A DNA stretch of 64,000 nucleotides from Octopus vulgaris (lineage: Eukaryota): assembly GCA_951406725.2 (NCBI GenBank), contig OX597830.1, positions 56,544,001 through 56,608,000 on the forward strand. The letters run 5' to 3'. Of the stretch, positions 12,625 through 23,609 are shown piece by piece; position 1 is the stretch's first letter; the number at the start of each line of letters is the position of its first letter. A program made the translations under genes and the position numbers. The notes beneath the pieces were generated by a model. That model did not search any database and was not told the DNA's origin. It saw nothing but the letters and a program-made list of their open reading frames with translations.

Positions 12625-13070
12625 AAGTGCTGAGCTCTAATTATGGAGGGAACCTGCGGAAGCGGTAGAACCAGGAAAACATGGGACGAAGTGATGAGAA
12701 AGGATTTTCGAATGCTGGGGTCCCACTGAGGAAATGACAAGGAACTGGGAGATGTGGTGATTTTCTGTACTTGATAAGTCATGTCAAGCTAAGTAAAATC
12801 GCTGTCTTCCACACTTACAAGCTTGTCCTTTCAGATGCTGGTGCCACTTAAAAAGCACCTGTGCCAGAGCTGCATAAATGCAGTAATGTACCAGTGGCAC
12901 GTAAAAAGCATCCAGCACACTCTGTAAAGAGGTTGGCATTAGGAAGGGCATCCAGCCATAGAAACCATGCCACAACAAACAGTTGAAGTCTGGACAGCTC
13001 CCTACTAGCCAGCTCTATGTCAAACCATCCAACCCATGACAGCATGGAGAGCAGACATTAAATGATGATC
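12625..13070 (+). mobile_element. RTE LINE C-terminus continuous with the abundant (GAT)n-tailed repeat (family B)
   Basis: GTCGSGRTRKTWDEVMRKD.. is followed by GGCACGTAAAAAGCA subrepeats, GGCATTAGGAAGGGCATCCAGC and CATCCAACCCATG..AAATGATGAT. The same architecture occurs at 29985-30477. Confidence 0.75.
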
Positions 13071-13896
13071 TTATATATTACTCTTCAACCCCTTAGCATT
13101 CACATTATTTTGTCAAAAGTAATGGTTATATATTCACACTGTTTTGTATTAATCATGCATTACTTTCTAACTTTGAGATTTTGATGAGGTAACTTAATTT
13201 TTAGAATGATATTGTAGGGTTGTTGTGAGAAGCCACAGCTGACCAGTTTGAACATAAAACAGGTACAATATTTTGGCTGGATATGGTCAGTTTAAGTGGA
13301 AATAGGTTAAATGGCCCTGGAATTTGTTAACTTTCTGTTAGCAAATTTTTATTTTTATTTCATTAAATACAGTCATTTCAAAAAATTTCAGAATTCCTAA
13401 TACCTGTTACTATCTGTATCTAGTTGTCCAGTATAAAAAGAGGTGTACGTTCCATCTTACTGTTTCTTCAAATTTTTTGAAGTAAGAGTAGTTGGTGACA
13501 ACTAAAAACCATCCTCATCAAATAACAGGCTGACTCTTTACTACAGTGGTAAATACCAAGCTGGTACCTAGCAGTGACTAACTCACTTCAAGGGTAGATA
13601 GTTGTCCTTTAGTCTTGGCTAACGAACAGTCTATGTGATAGACAACACTCATAGGTAACATTCAATATATATTGGACATTAGTGCTGGTACCACAAAAAA
13701 AATACTCAGTACACTCTGTAAAGTGGTGGGCATTAGGAAAAGCATCTGCTAAACCAGACATTGGGGACCAACACAACCCACGGGCTGGTCAGATCCTATC
13801 AAACCTTCCAACCCATCCATGCCAGTGAAGGTGGACTGTGCATGTATGAGTGTGTACATGTGTATGTGTGCATGCATGTCGGTGTCTTTTACTTAC

Positions 13897-14022
13897 CTTG
13901 CCAGTATCTGTAGAACAGTCGACACAGCTAACTTTGATGTTACCATGAGTGACACCAGGTATGACTTGGACTCTTTGGAAATCACTGGCAAGAATCGCTA
14001 TATCGCAGCCAGCAGCATAGGC
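13897..14022 (-). CDS. DMXL2: DmX-like protein / Rabconnectin-3 alpha, coding exon 2
   Basis: Acceptor TTTTCTCTTTCTCTAG, then 126 nt encoding AYAAGCDIAILASDFQRVQVIPGVTHGNIKVSCVDCSTDTGK, then donor GTAAGT. Matches the DMXL motif AYxxGCDIVILxxDFERxQIIPGxKHGNIQVxCVDCS. Phase 0/0 and in frame with exon 1. Confidence 0.97.
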
Positions 14023-14089
14023 CTAGAGAAAGAGAAAACAGAGAGAGCCATCAGAAAACATATCAATTATAACCACATATTATTAGTTA

Positions 14090-14502
14090 TTTTTTTATTG
14101 CCCACAAGGGGCTAAACAAAGAGGGGACAAACAAGGACAGACAAAGGGATTAAGTTGAATACATTGACCCCAGTGCGTAACTGGTACTTATTTAATCGAC
14201 CCCGAAAGGATGAAAGGCTAAGCCGACCTTGGCGGAATTTGAACTCAGAATGTAGCGGCAGATGAAATACCTATTTCTTTACTACCCACAAGGGGCTAAA
14301 CACAGAAGGGACAAACAAGGACAGACAAACGGATTAAGTCAATTATATGGACCCCAGTGCGTAACTGGTACTTATTTAATCGACCCCGAAAGGATGAAAG
14401 GCAAAGTCGACCTCGGCGGAATTTGAACTTGGAACATAACAGCAGACGAAATACCGCTAAGAATTTCGCCCGGCGTGCTAACGATTCTGCCAGCTCGCCA
14501 CC
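14090..14502 (-). mobile_element. SINE family C (Nin/Deu-domain-like) with tandemly duplicated 3' part
   Basis: Head GGTGGCGAGCTGGCAGAATCGTTAG and core GAGGTCGACTTTGCCTTTCATCCTTTCGGGGTCGAT. 14090-14270 repeats 14271-14450. Other copies at 14860-15080+, 17320-17552+, 37690-37880-, 38490-38702-, 54295-54562-, 54720-54845-, 55720-55865-. Confidence 0.8.
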
Positions 14503-15365
14503 TTATCCACATATTATTAGTATCATTATCAAAGCAGTGATCAGGCGGAATTGTTACTGTGCAGGGAAAAATGCTTAGTGGCATGTCTTCCTAATATTTA
14601 CATTCTGGGTTCAAATGCTGCCAGGGTCGATGAAATCAATTTACTCCTTCCCCTGAAATTGCTTGCCTTAAGCCAAAAGCTGAAACCCTTATCTTTACTA
14701 CTCTAGGCACAAGGCCTGAAATTTTTGGAAGCGAGGGCCAGTCAATCAGATAGACCCCAGTATGCAACTGGTACTTAATTTATTGACCCCGAAAGCTGAA
14801 ACCATTATTAGTATTACTATTAATACTATTGATATTATTATTATTATTACTATAATTTTTAAGGTGATGACCTGGCAGAATTGTTAGCATACTGAGCTAA
14901 GTGCTTAGCAGTATTTCATTTGTCTTCATATTCTAAGTTCAAATTCAGCCAAGGTCAACTTTGCCTTTCATCCTGTCAGCATCGTCGATAAAAATGAGCA
15001 CCAGCTGAGTACTAGAGTCAATGTAATTGACTTTCCCCCTCCCCCAAAATTTCAGGCCTTGTGCCTATAGTAGAAAGGATTATTATTACTATTATTATTA
15101 TTATTACTGGCCACAAGGACTGACCACTGAGGACAGTACAAAGATGAAATGCAAAAGAGAAAATGGTGTGGTGGGGAGGACTTACATGAAGCAAATGGTA
15201 AAGACACATCAATAGACAACAATATATGGCAATCTAATATGGAGAGAGAGATAGAGAAAAGAAACAGGAAGAACAGAGAAAAAAAAACAGAATAAAAGAA
15301 GAAAATGACAAAACTAGGTAAAAAAAAAATCAGTAAATATTTCGTAGAAATTGATTAGCCCCATT

Positions 15366-15587
15366 CCCATTAGCATTCAGGTCATTCTGTCAAAGGTAAG
15401 GCTTATCTATTCACATTGTTTTGAATTAAGCATGCATTGTCATGTAACTTGAGATTTTGATGATGTGGTAGCTTATTTTTAAAATGACATTGCAGGGTGG
15501 TGTGAGAGGTCGGATCTGGCCAGTTTGAAAATAGAACAGGTAGAATGTTTTGGCTGGATATGGCTGGTTTAAATGCTAAAGGGTTAA
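15366..15587. mobile_element. piggyBac-type MITE family 2
   Basis: CCC.TTAGCATT ... AATGCTAAAGGG|TTAA. Other copies at 13087-13310, 22125-23000 (with nested inserts), 32021-32570, 32690-32830 and 36812-36910. Confidence 0.75.
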
Positions 15588-15822
15588 CACAGTGGTTGGC
15601 TTATTAACTTAGTACAATGACGAGTTTATTGGTTTAGTATGACATAGGCACAGGTATGGCTGAATAGTTAAGAAGATTGCATTTTAGCCACAAGGTTTGG
15701 GGTTCAATCCCACTGAGTGGTACCTTGGACAAGTGTCTAAGTGCCTTCTAGTATGGCCCAAGGCCAACCAAAAGCCTTGTGGAAATTTTCTTGGGAGAAA
15801 TGAAACTGAAAGATATCCATCA

Positions 15823-15855
<33 letters not shown>

Positions 15856-16567
15856 ATATGTGTGTGTGTGTGTGTATGTATATGTGTGCGTACTCTTTTA
15901 CATTTGCACTCTGCAACTGTTTCCACAAGCGGTGCTGTTGATGTCACTTCTATCAACAACTTGTCCACTTGCTTTGAACCTTTGTAAGTATGAGAAATTG
16001 AAAGACAGGTAAAGGTTAGTGACCGGAAGAGCATCCAGCTGTAAAACAACACTTCAACATTATATTAACCTTACCTGTATTAGCACGGGAAAAAAAAAAC
16101 GGTCATAAAATGAATGATCCGTTTTACTAACCTAATAGTAAAATGAATGATTGCCTAGCAACATCAAACAGACAAAAGGCTAATTAGAACTAAGATGATG
16201 ATGATGATGATACTGGTACAACAACAATAACGAAAATGAAGTGGATTGAAGAGGTAATCAAGACAAGAATTTACTAGTTCTTGTCTATGAGGACAAAAAT
16301 ATTTAATCTAAATACAAAAAAAAAAATTCTTTGATAAACATAATGAAACAGAAAAATCCCCTCTACGAAAAAGAGAAAGATTAATAAAAAAAAAAATTGA
16401 TTTTGATTTTTTTTCCCCACCTAATATCCAGACAATTTGTAGTTCTGTTGCAACTGTTGTCCAATCTTAAGATTGCTTCTTCAGATGATACCTTCTTCCT
16501 CTTCTGCTTCCTTCTCTTACTCTACATAGTTTAATGGAGACAGAATAGCAAATGTAATTCTAAGCTG

Positions 16568-16609
<42 letters not shown>

Positions 16610-18677
16610 CATACACACACACACACAAACACACACACACTCATTCCTTGCTTATTTTTCTTTTATTCATTAAATTCTGCTAACCCCCCCACCCCACCCC
16701 ACAGCCACCATATCATCACTACTTTCTTGATTTGAAAACAATTTCTCTTCTCATGCTATTAAGCAATACTGTCTCTCTGAATACTTTGTTTTTTGGAATC
16801 CGCCATGTATGGAGGGTGGGAGGGCAGCACACTCTTGGCAATGACAGGTTAATTTCTCCTCTCCTAAGTTTTTTTTAAGCCTCCCTCTTGTTATAACTCC
16901 GTTGAAATACACCGCCTTTGTTTCAATTTATTTTGCAAATAATAAAGAATTTACTGAAATAATTATTATTAAGGTAATGCTTGGAACATAAATTAACACG
17001 GAACCTTATGGTAAGGTTTTACTTTTAAACACCTTAAAATATGACGTCTGCATCATTGCACCAGGGGTGGTCTTGGGCAGTTTGACATCAAAAAGGTTGA
17101 TTTTATTCAACACAAACATGATGCCTCTCTAGTCAAGTCACCAATCTCTTTTTTCCCTGTTTTTTATGTAAGGGGTCTCTTTTTTTGAAGGTACAAAGCA
17201 AATGGATGATTAGTTGACAAAAGTAACAACAACAATACTGAACATCGGGAACAGATGTAAACACACACACACACACACACATCTATACAAATGAACACAC
17301 AGATACATGCATACACACAAGGCGGTGAGCTGGCAGAAACGTTAGCATGCCGGGTGAAATACTTTGTGGTATTTCGTCTGTCATTACGTTCTGAGTTCAA
17401 ATTCTGCCGAGTTCAACTTTGCCTTTCAGCCTTTCGGGGGGTCGATAAATAAAGTACCAGTTTCACACTGGGGTCGATGTAATCGACTTAATCCGTTTGT
17501 CTGTCGTTGTTTGTCCCCTCTATGTTTAGCCCCTTGCGGGTAGTAAAGAAAAAATAAAATACATACACACATACAGGTGCATACACACATACATACACAC
17601 AGATACATACATGATCATCATCATCATCATCATCATCATTATTGTTTAACGTCCGTTTTCCATGCTAGCATGGGTCGGACGGTTCAACTGGGGTCTGGGA
17701 AGCCAGAAGGCTGCGCCAGGCCCAGTCTGATCTGGCATTTTTTTCTACAGCTGGATGCCCTTCCTAACGCCAACCACTCCGTGAGTGTAGTGGGTGCTTT
17801 TTATGTGCCACCTGCACAAGTGCCAGATGAGGCTGGCAAACGGCCACGATCGGATGGTGCTTTTTACATGCCAGCCGGCATGGAGGCCAGTCGGGGCGGC
17901 ACTTGCAATGGCCACAGATACATAAATACAGATAAATACATACATATAAACACACCCAGGGCTTCTTTCAGTTCTCACCTACCAAATTCCCTCCCAAGGT
18001 ATCAGTTGGCCTGGGGCTATGTAGAAAACACTCAGCCATGTTGCCACACAGGAAGACAGAACCCAAAACTACTCATTTTAGAAGCAAATTTCTTAACCAC
18101 ACACTCATGCATGGGCCCTTTTACTTTTGTTTAAAACTGATTTTGCATTAGAATTTCAATCTTATTCCAATTTTGGTTCATAAAATCATTTCAGTATTTT
18201 GGAGGTTTTTTTTTTTAATTGACTGGACATTTCATCTCACGAAATACCATAAATAAAAATAAATATATAAATAAAATAAAATAGAACTTTGGATCAATAA
18301 TTCCCACCCTAGGATGTAGAACAGTGAAACTTAGAATTTTATCTTCTTCCAGGATATTGCTAAGATTGCTATTTGTATGATGAGGTCAGACATGAGAATC
18401 TCGGACTTTAGGGAGAAAAGATAACATGAGGAATGGGGGTGAAGGCTAGATTGTATATCTGTCCAAACTGTCCTAGCATAGGAGAATAGATGAAGATGAC
18501 AATGACTTGGCAATGATAATTACGATGCTGAAGACCAGCTGTTCACAATAGAACATTTCTCTGTCTCACTCAGGTCCACTACACTCATCCTTAAATGCAG
18601 TCCTCAATGGTTCAACACACAAATATACACAACATTACACACGCACATGTATACCTATATATATATACCTATATATA

Positions 18678-19697
18678 TGTTGGAGATGCTATTTGCTGAT
18701 GATGCCGCTCTGGTATCACACACAGAAGAAGCCCTCCAAAGGCTCATTAACTGTTTTGAGCAAGCATGTAACGACTTTGGCTTAGCTATCAGCCTTAAGA
18801 AGACCAACATCATGGGTCAGGCTACATCAGACATCCCAAACATACATATTGGAGACCACAGATTACAAGAGGTGGAGAAGTTTACCTATCTTGGCTCTAC
18901 CGTCACCTACAACCTATCCCTTGACACTGAGCTCAATATACGCATTGGCAAGGCAGCTGCTGCGATGGCCCAACTCTCCAAATGGGCGTGGGACAACAAT
19001 AAGCTGACCAAGACCGCGAAAATGAAGATCTACCAGGCATGTGTACTTAGCACTCTACTGTATGGAAGTGAGACTTGGATGCTATACACACGCCAAGAGC
19101 ATTGCCTAAACATCTTTCACCTGCGCTGCCTCCGGAAAATCCTCCGCATCAAATGGCAGAATCATATCCCCAATAAAGATGTCCTCAAGCAAGCAGGAAT
19201 ACCAAGCATGTTTGCACTCCTCACACAAAGACGTATGAGATGGCTTGGGCATGTTAGCCGTATGAAAGATGGCAGAATCTCCAAGGACATACTCTACGGA
19301 GAGCTTGCTAGGGGTACTAGGTCTGTGGGTAGACCGTTCTTACGTTACAAGGATGTTTACAAGAGGGACATGAAGGCCTGCAACATTAATATTAGTGGTT
19401 GGGAGGCAGTTGCCGGCAACCGTGGAGATTGGCGATGCACCGTAAAAGAGGGAATACAAAGGAGTGACAGAGAGAGTGAGGAGAAATGGAAAGACAAGAA
19501 AAGACGTCAACAAGAAACTATGGCATTACAACCAGCCAGGAACAGTCTTCGCTACATTTGTGGTACCTGCCAGAGGGAGTGTTTGTCCAGGATAGGACTA
19601 CACAGCCACAGCAGGAAATGTATCAGGACATGAAATTTAAAAGCCGGACAAGACTATTTTATGCGCAACTCCATTGTCTCCCGAGACAAAAATGATG

Positions 19698-19700
<3 letters not shown>
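18678..19700 (+). mobile_element. RTE-clade (BovB-like) LINE, 5'-truncated; RT C-terminal half, C2H2 finger and 3' tail
   Basis: ORF to 19633 contains LFADDAAL, FGLAISLKKT, FTYLGS, LYGSETW, RWLGHVSRM and a terminal CxxC..HxxxC. The 3' end CCATTGTCTCCCGAGAC..GATGCC runs into (TA)n. Confidence 0.95.
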
Positions 19701-19735
<35 letters not shown>

Positions 19736-22346
19736 AAAACAAAGAGTGGAGGATTATCAATTTGGGCAAAATACTTCATAAGCTTTGTTGGCATGCCAGG
19801 TTAACAATATGACTTAGATTAGTGAAGAATTCCAGGTACTCTTGTGGTAGGGTCCAAGGTTATGGCTCATACAATTCTATATTGCAAATCCGTGGATGAG
19901 CTCCAGACAAACTGGTTTTTATACAGAGTGGTATATAAGAAAGAACTCATTTCGTATATGTATATATATATATAGACAGACAGACAGACACTCAGACACA
20001 CACATACAAATACACAGACAAATAAAGAGATATGCATACACACAGATACATAAACAATAATACATACACATGTATACTTACACAATTACACATACAATTA
20101 CTCTTACATATATACAAACACATACACACAATACAATACATACTTATACATACATACACACAAAGTTGTACACAAGCACACATGAAATAATGTCATAGAG
20201 TTCATACAATAAATTCTCTACTAATTACTCCACATTGATATTAATTGTTAATTAGCTGTGTTTCTGCAGCAACAGCTTCTTAAGACTAATTATGATGTGT
20301 CTGCTTGAGAGACATATAAGATTTATATGTTAACTAAAAAAAAAATTACATGTTTATATTTGATATAATTATACGTGTGTATAATTATATATATATATAT
20401 ATATATATAATCATCATCATCGTTTAAGTCTGCCTTCCATGCTGGCATAGGTGGGATGGTTTGACAGAAGCTGACCAAGCTTCTGTGACCGTTTTGGTAG
20501 GATTTTTACAGCTGGATGCCCTTCCAAACACTAACCACTCAACAGAGTGGACTCAGTGCTTTTTATGTGGCACAAGCACAGGCAAGGTCAGTTTTATGTA
20601 TATCATCATCACCATCATCATCGTTTAACGTCTGCTTTCCATGCTATCATGGGTTGGACGATTTGACTGAGGTCTGGTGAACCAGATGGCTGCACCAGGC
20701 TCCAATCTGATCTGGCAGAGTTTCTACAGCTGGATGTCCTTCCTAACGCCAACCACTCCGAGAGTGTAGTGGGTGCTTTTTACGTGCCACCGGCACGGGG
20801 CCAGTTAGGCGGTACTGGCAACGACCTCGCTCGAATCTTTTACACATGCCACCAGCACAGGTGCCAGTAAGGTGATGCTGGTAACAAGCATTGCTGTCAT
20901 ATCATCATCATCCTCATCATCGTTTAACGTCCGCTTTCCATGCTAGCATGGGTTGGACGATTTGACTGAGGTCTGGTGATCCAGATGGCTGCACCAGGCT
21001 CCAATCTGATCTGGTAGAGTCTCTACAGCTGGATGCCCTTCCTAACGCCAACCACTCCGAAAGTGTAGTGAGTGCTTTTACATGCCACAGGCAAGCGGTA
21101 CTGGCAACGGCCATGCTCAAATGGTGCTCTTTACATGCCAACTGCACAGGAGCCAGTCCAGCAGCACTGGCAACAACCTCGCTCGAATGTTTTTTCGCGA
21201 ACTTTAGAAGTATATTAATTTGAATATGTTAAATACAATTTAGTTCTTTACTTTCCATAGTTTATTTTATATTTTAAGTGTGTGGTAAGATGTTTGCTTT
21301 CCAACCAAATAGTTCTGGGTCCAGTTCTACTGTGTGGGACCTTGGACAAGTGCCTTCTACTATAGTCGCAAGCTGAGCAAAGCTTTGTGCATGGGTTTGA
21401 TAGACAGAAACTGAAAGAAGCCCACTGTGTGTGTGTGTTTGTCCCTACCACTTGATAACAGGTGTTACTGTGCTTATGTCTCCATGATTTAGTGGTTCTT
21501 CTCCTCCTTGTACCTCAAAGGTCCACCCTGACACCCCATTGCCACAATTTTATTGCTTCTAGCTCTACCTGATCACTCCAGACTTCTTTTCTAAAAATTG
21601 AGAAATCAGGTAGTCCTCTGCAGCAAGAAACCTGTTCTGCTCTGGCCCTTTTCTCTTATACTTTACCCCTCTCTACTCGTTTCTTAGCATAATGTTCATA
21701 CTCTCGTCAACTACATAGCAACCTCATTGGTGCCAGTGGCATGGAAAGAAGCATACCATACAGACTGGAAAGTGGTCAGTGTTAGGAAAGGCATCCAACC
21801 ATAGAAACCATGCCAAAGGAGACACTAGAATACAATGCAGACCTTGAGTCCATCGGAGATCTTGTCAAACCATCCAACCAATGCATCAATGCCAGCATGG
21901 AACATGGATTTTAAATGATAATGAAAAATAATCAAATCAGATTTAAAGGTTTCAATGATGGCAGATCTGGTTAGAAGCAATTCTGTTTCTAAGAACAAGA
22001 TGTTAGTAAATTTGGGGTTTGTTCTTTGATTTAACCCTTTTCTTGTCGTATTTCCACTGAAATTTTATGCCTTTGTTTCTTTTTTAAGATAATGAAGAAT
22101 TTAATAAAATAACTGTCATTATTAACCCTTTAGCATTTAAACCAACCACATAAAGCCAAAATAATCTACCTTTTTCTTATGTTCAAATTGGCCACATTCA
22201 CCCTCTCATACCTATCCTACAATGCCATTCTATAAATAAACAGCCATTCTATAAATAATCACATCACTGAAATCTCAAAGCTATGAGATAATGCCTGATT
22301 AATTCCAAAACAATGCGAATAAATAAGCATTACATTTAAAAGTAGT

Positions 22347-22663
22347 GAAGGCGCATGGCTCAGTGGTTAGAGCATCGAGCTTACGAATCCCAGACCGGGT
22401 TGCATGTTGTGTTCTTGAGCAAGATACTTTATTTCACATTGCTCCAGTTCACTCAGCTGTAGAAATGAGTTGCAACGTCACAGGTACCAAGGTGTATTGG
22501 CCTTTGCCTTTCCCTTGGATAACACTGATGGCGTGGAGAGGGGAGGCCGGTATGCATGGGCGACTGCTAGTCTCCCATAAAACAACCTTGCCTGGACTTG
22601 TGCCTGGGAGGGTAACTTTCTAGGTCCAATCCCATGGTCAGTGTCATGACTGAAGGGGGTCTC
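22347..22663 (+). mobile_element. tRNA-derived SINE family D
   Basis: Head GAAGGCGCATGGCTCAGTGGTTAGAGC, core GTGTTCTTGAGCAAGACACTT, end CATGACTGAAGGGGGTCT. Also at 2189-2517+ and 29651-29946+. Confidence 0.8.
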
Positions 22664-23389
22664 AGACATTTAAAAGAGGTGGCACATAAAAAGCACCATC
22701 CGATTGTGGCCGTTGCCAGCCTCGCCTGGCCTCCATGCCAGTAGCACGTAAAAAGCACCATCCGACCGTGGCTGTTTGCCAGCCTTGTCTGGCACCTGTG
22801 CCGGTGGCATGTAAAAAGCACCCACTACACTCTCGGAGTGATTGGTGTTAGGAATGGCATCCTGCCGTAGAAACATTGCCAAATCAGACTGGGCCTGGTG
22901 CAGCGTTCTGGCTTCCCAGACCCCAGTTGAACCGTCCAACCCATGCTAGCATGGAAAGCAGACGCTAAACGATGATGATGAATTTGGATGCTAAAGGGTT
23001 CAAGCTGGTGTTTAGAATATAAATTAACACGAAATCTTGATGGGGGGGGGTCAATTTAGATCACTTTAAAACAAGTAGTTTGTACATACAACAGAACCAA
23101 GGGCAGTCTCAAGAATGTTGGTATCAAAAGGGTCAATCCTGTTTTTTTTTTTGCTTTTTGTAAATTTTGTAAAGGTAAACTTTTCTACCTTTTTTCCAAC
23201 CTAATTTATATTTCATTTAATGCAGCCTTCCATGTTACATTCAAATTTTATATTCAAACAATGCTTAAATCTGAAAAAGCAAGTTTTACATATTTAATTG
23301 GGTTTATTTCTTTTAAGGTGTCCCTACAAATAATTAATATGTACATGCCATCCAATAACGTTACACTGCTATATTTAATAGATATTTAA

Positions 23390-23609
23390 CCCTCTTATTA
23401 CTGTATTTATTTTGAGATGTTCTGTGTTTCTTTCAATTACTTTAAATATAACAAAGAATTTAGTAAAATAACTTAGTTATCATTCAGCTAGTGTTAGGAA
23501 CATAAATTATGACTAAGGTTTGGTGGAAGATTTTAATTCAAAACTTATGAAAACAAGACATTTGTACTCCGAGCAAGAGCCGGTTTCAGCCAGGTTGGTA
23601 ACAAAAGGG
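23390..23609. mobile_element. piggyBac-type MITE family 1
   Basis: TTAA|CCCT...AAGGG|TTAA with the same body. Confidence 0.85.

Noticed and set aside
13819-14115. 98-aa plus-strand ORF with a protein-like middle
   Set aside because: It is the antisense shadow of DMXL exon 2.
17577-18134. Recurrent ORFs containing FLQLDALPNANHS
   Set aside because: Antisense translations of the non-coding family B repeat, not a gene family.
22347-22420. tRNA genes at A/B-box-containing heads
   Set aside because: No complete cloverleaf; each continues into a SINE body.
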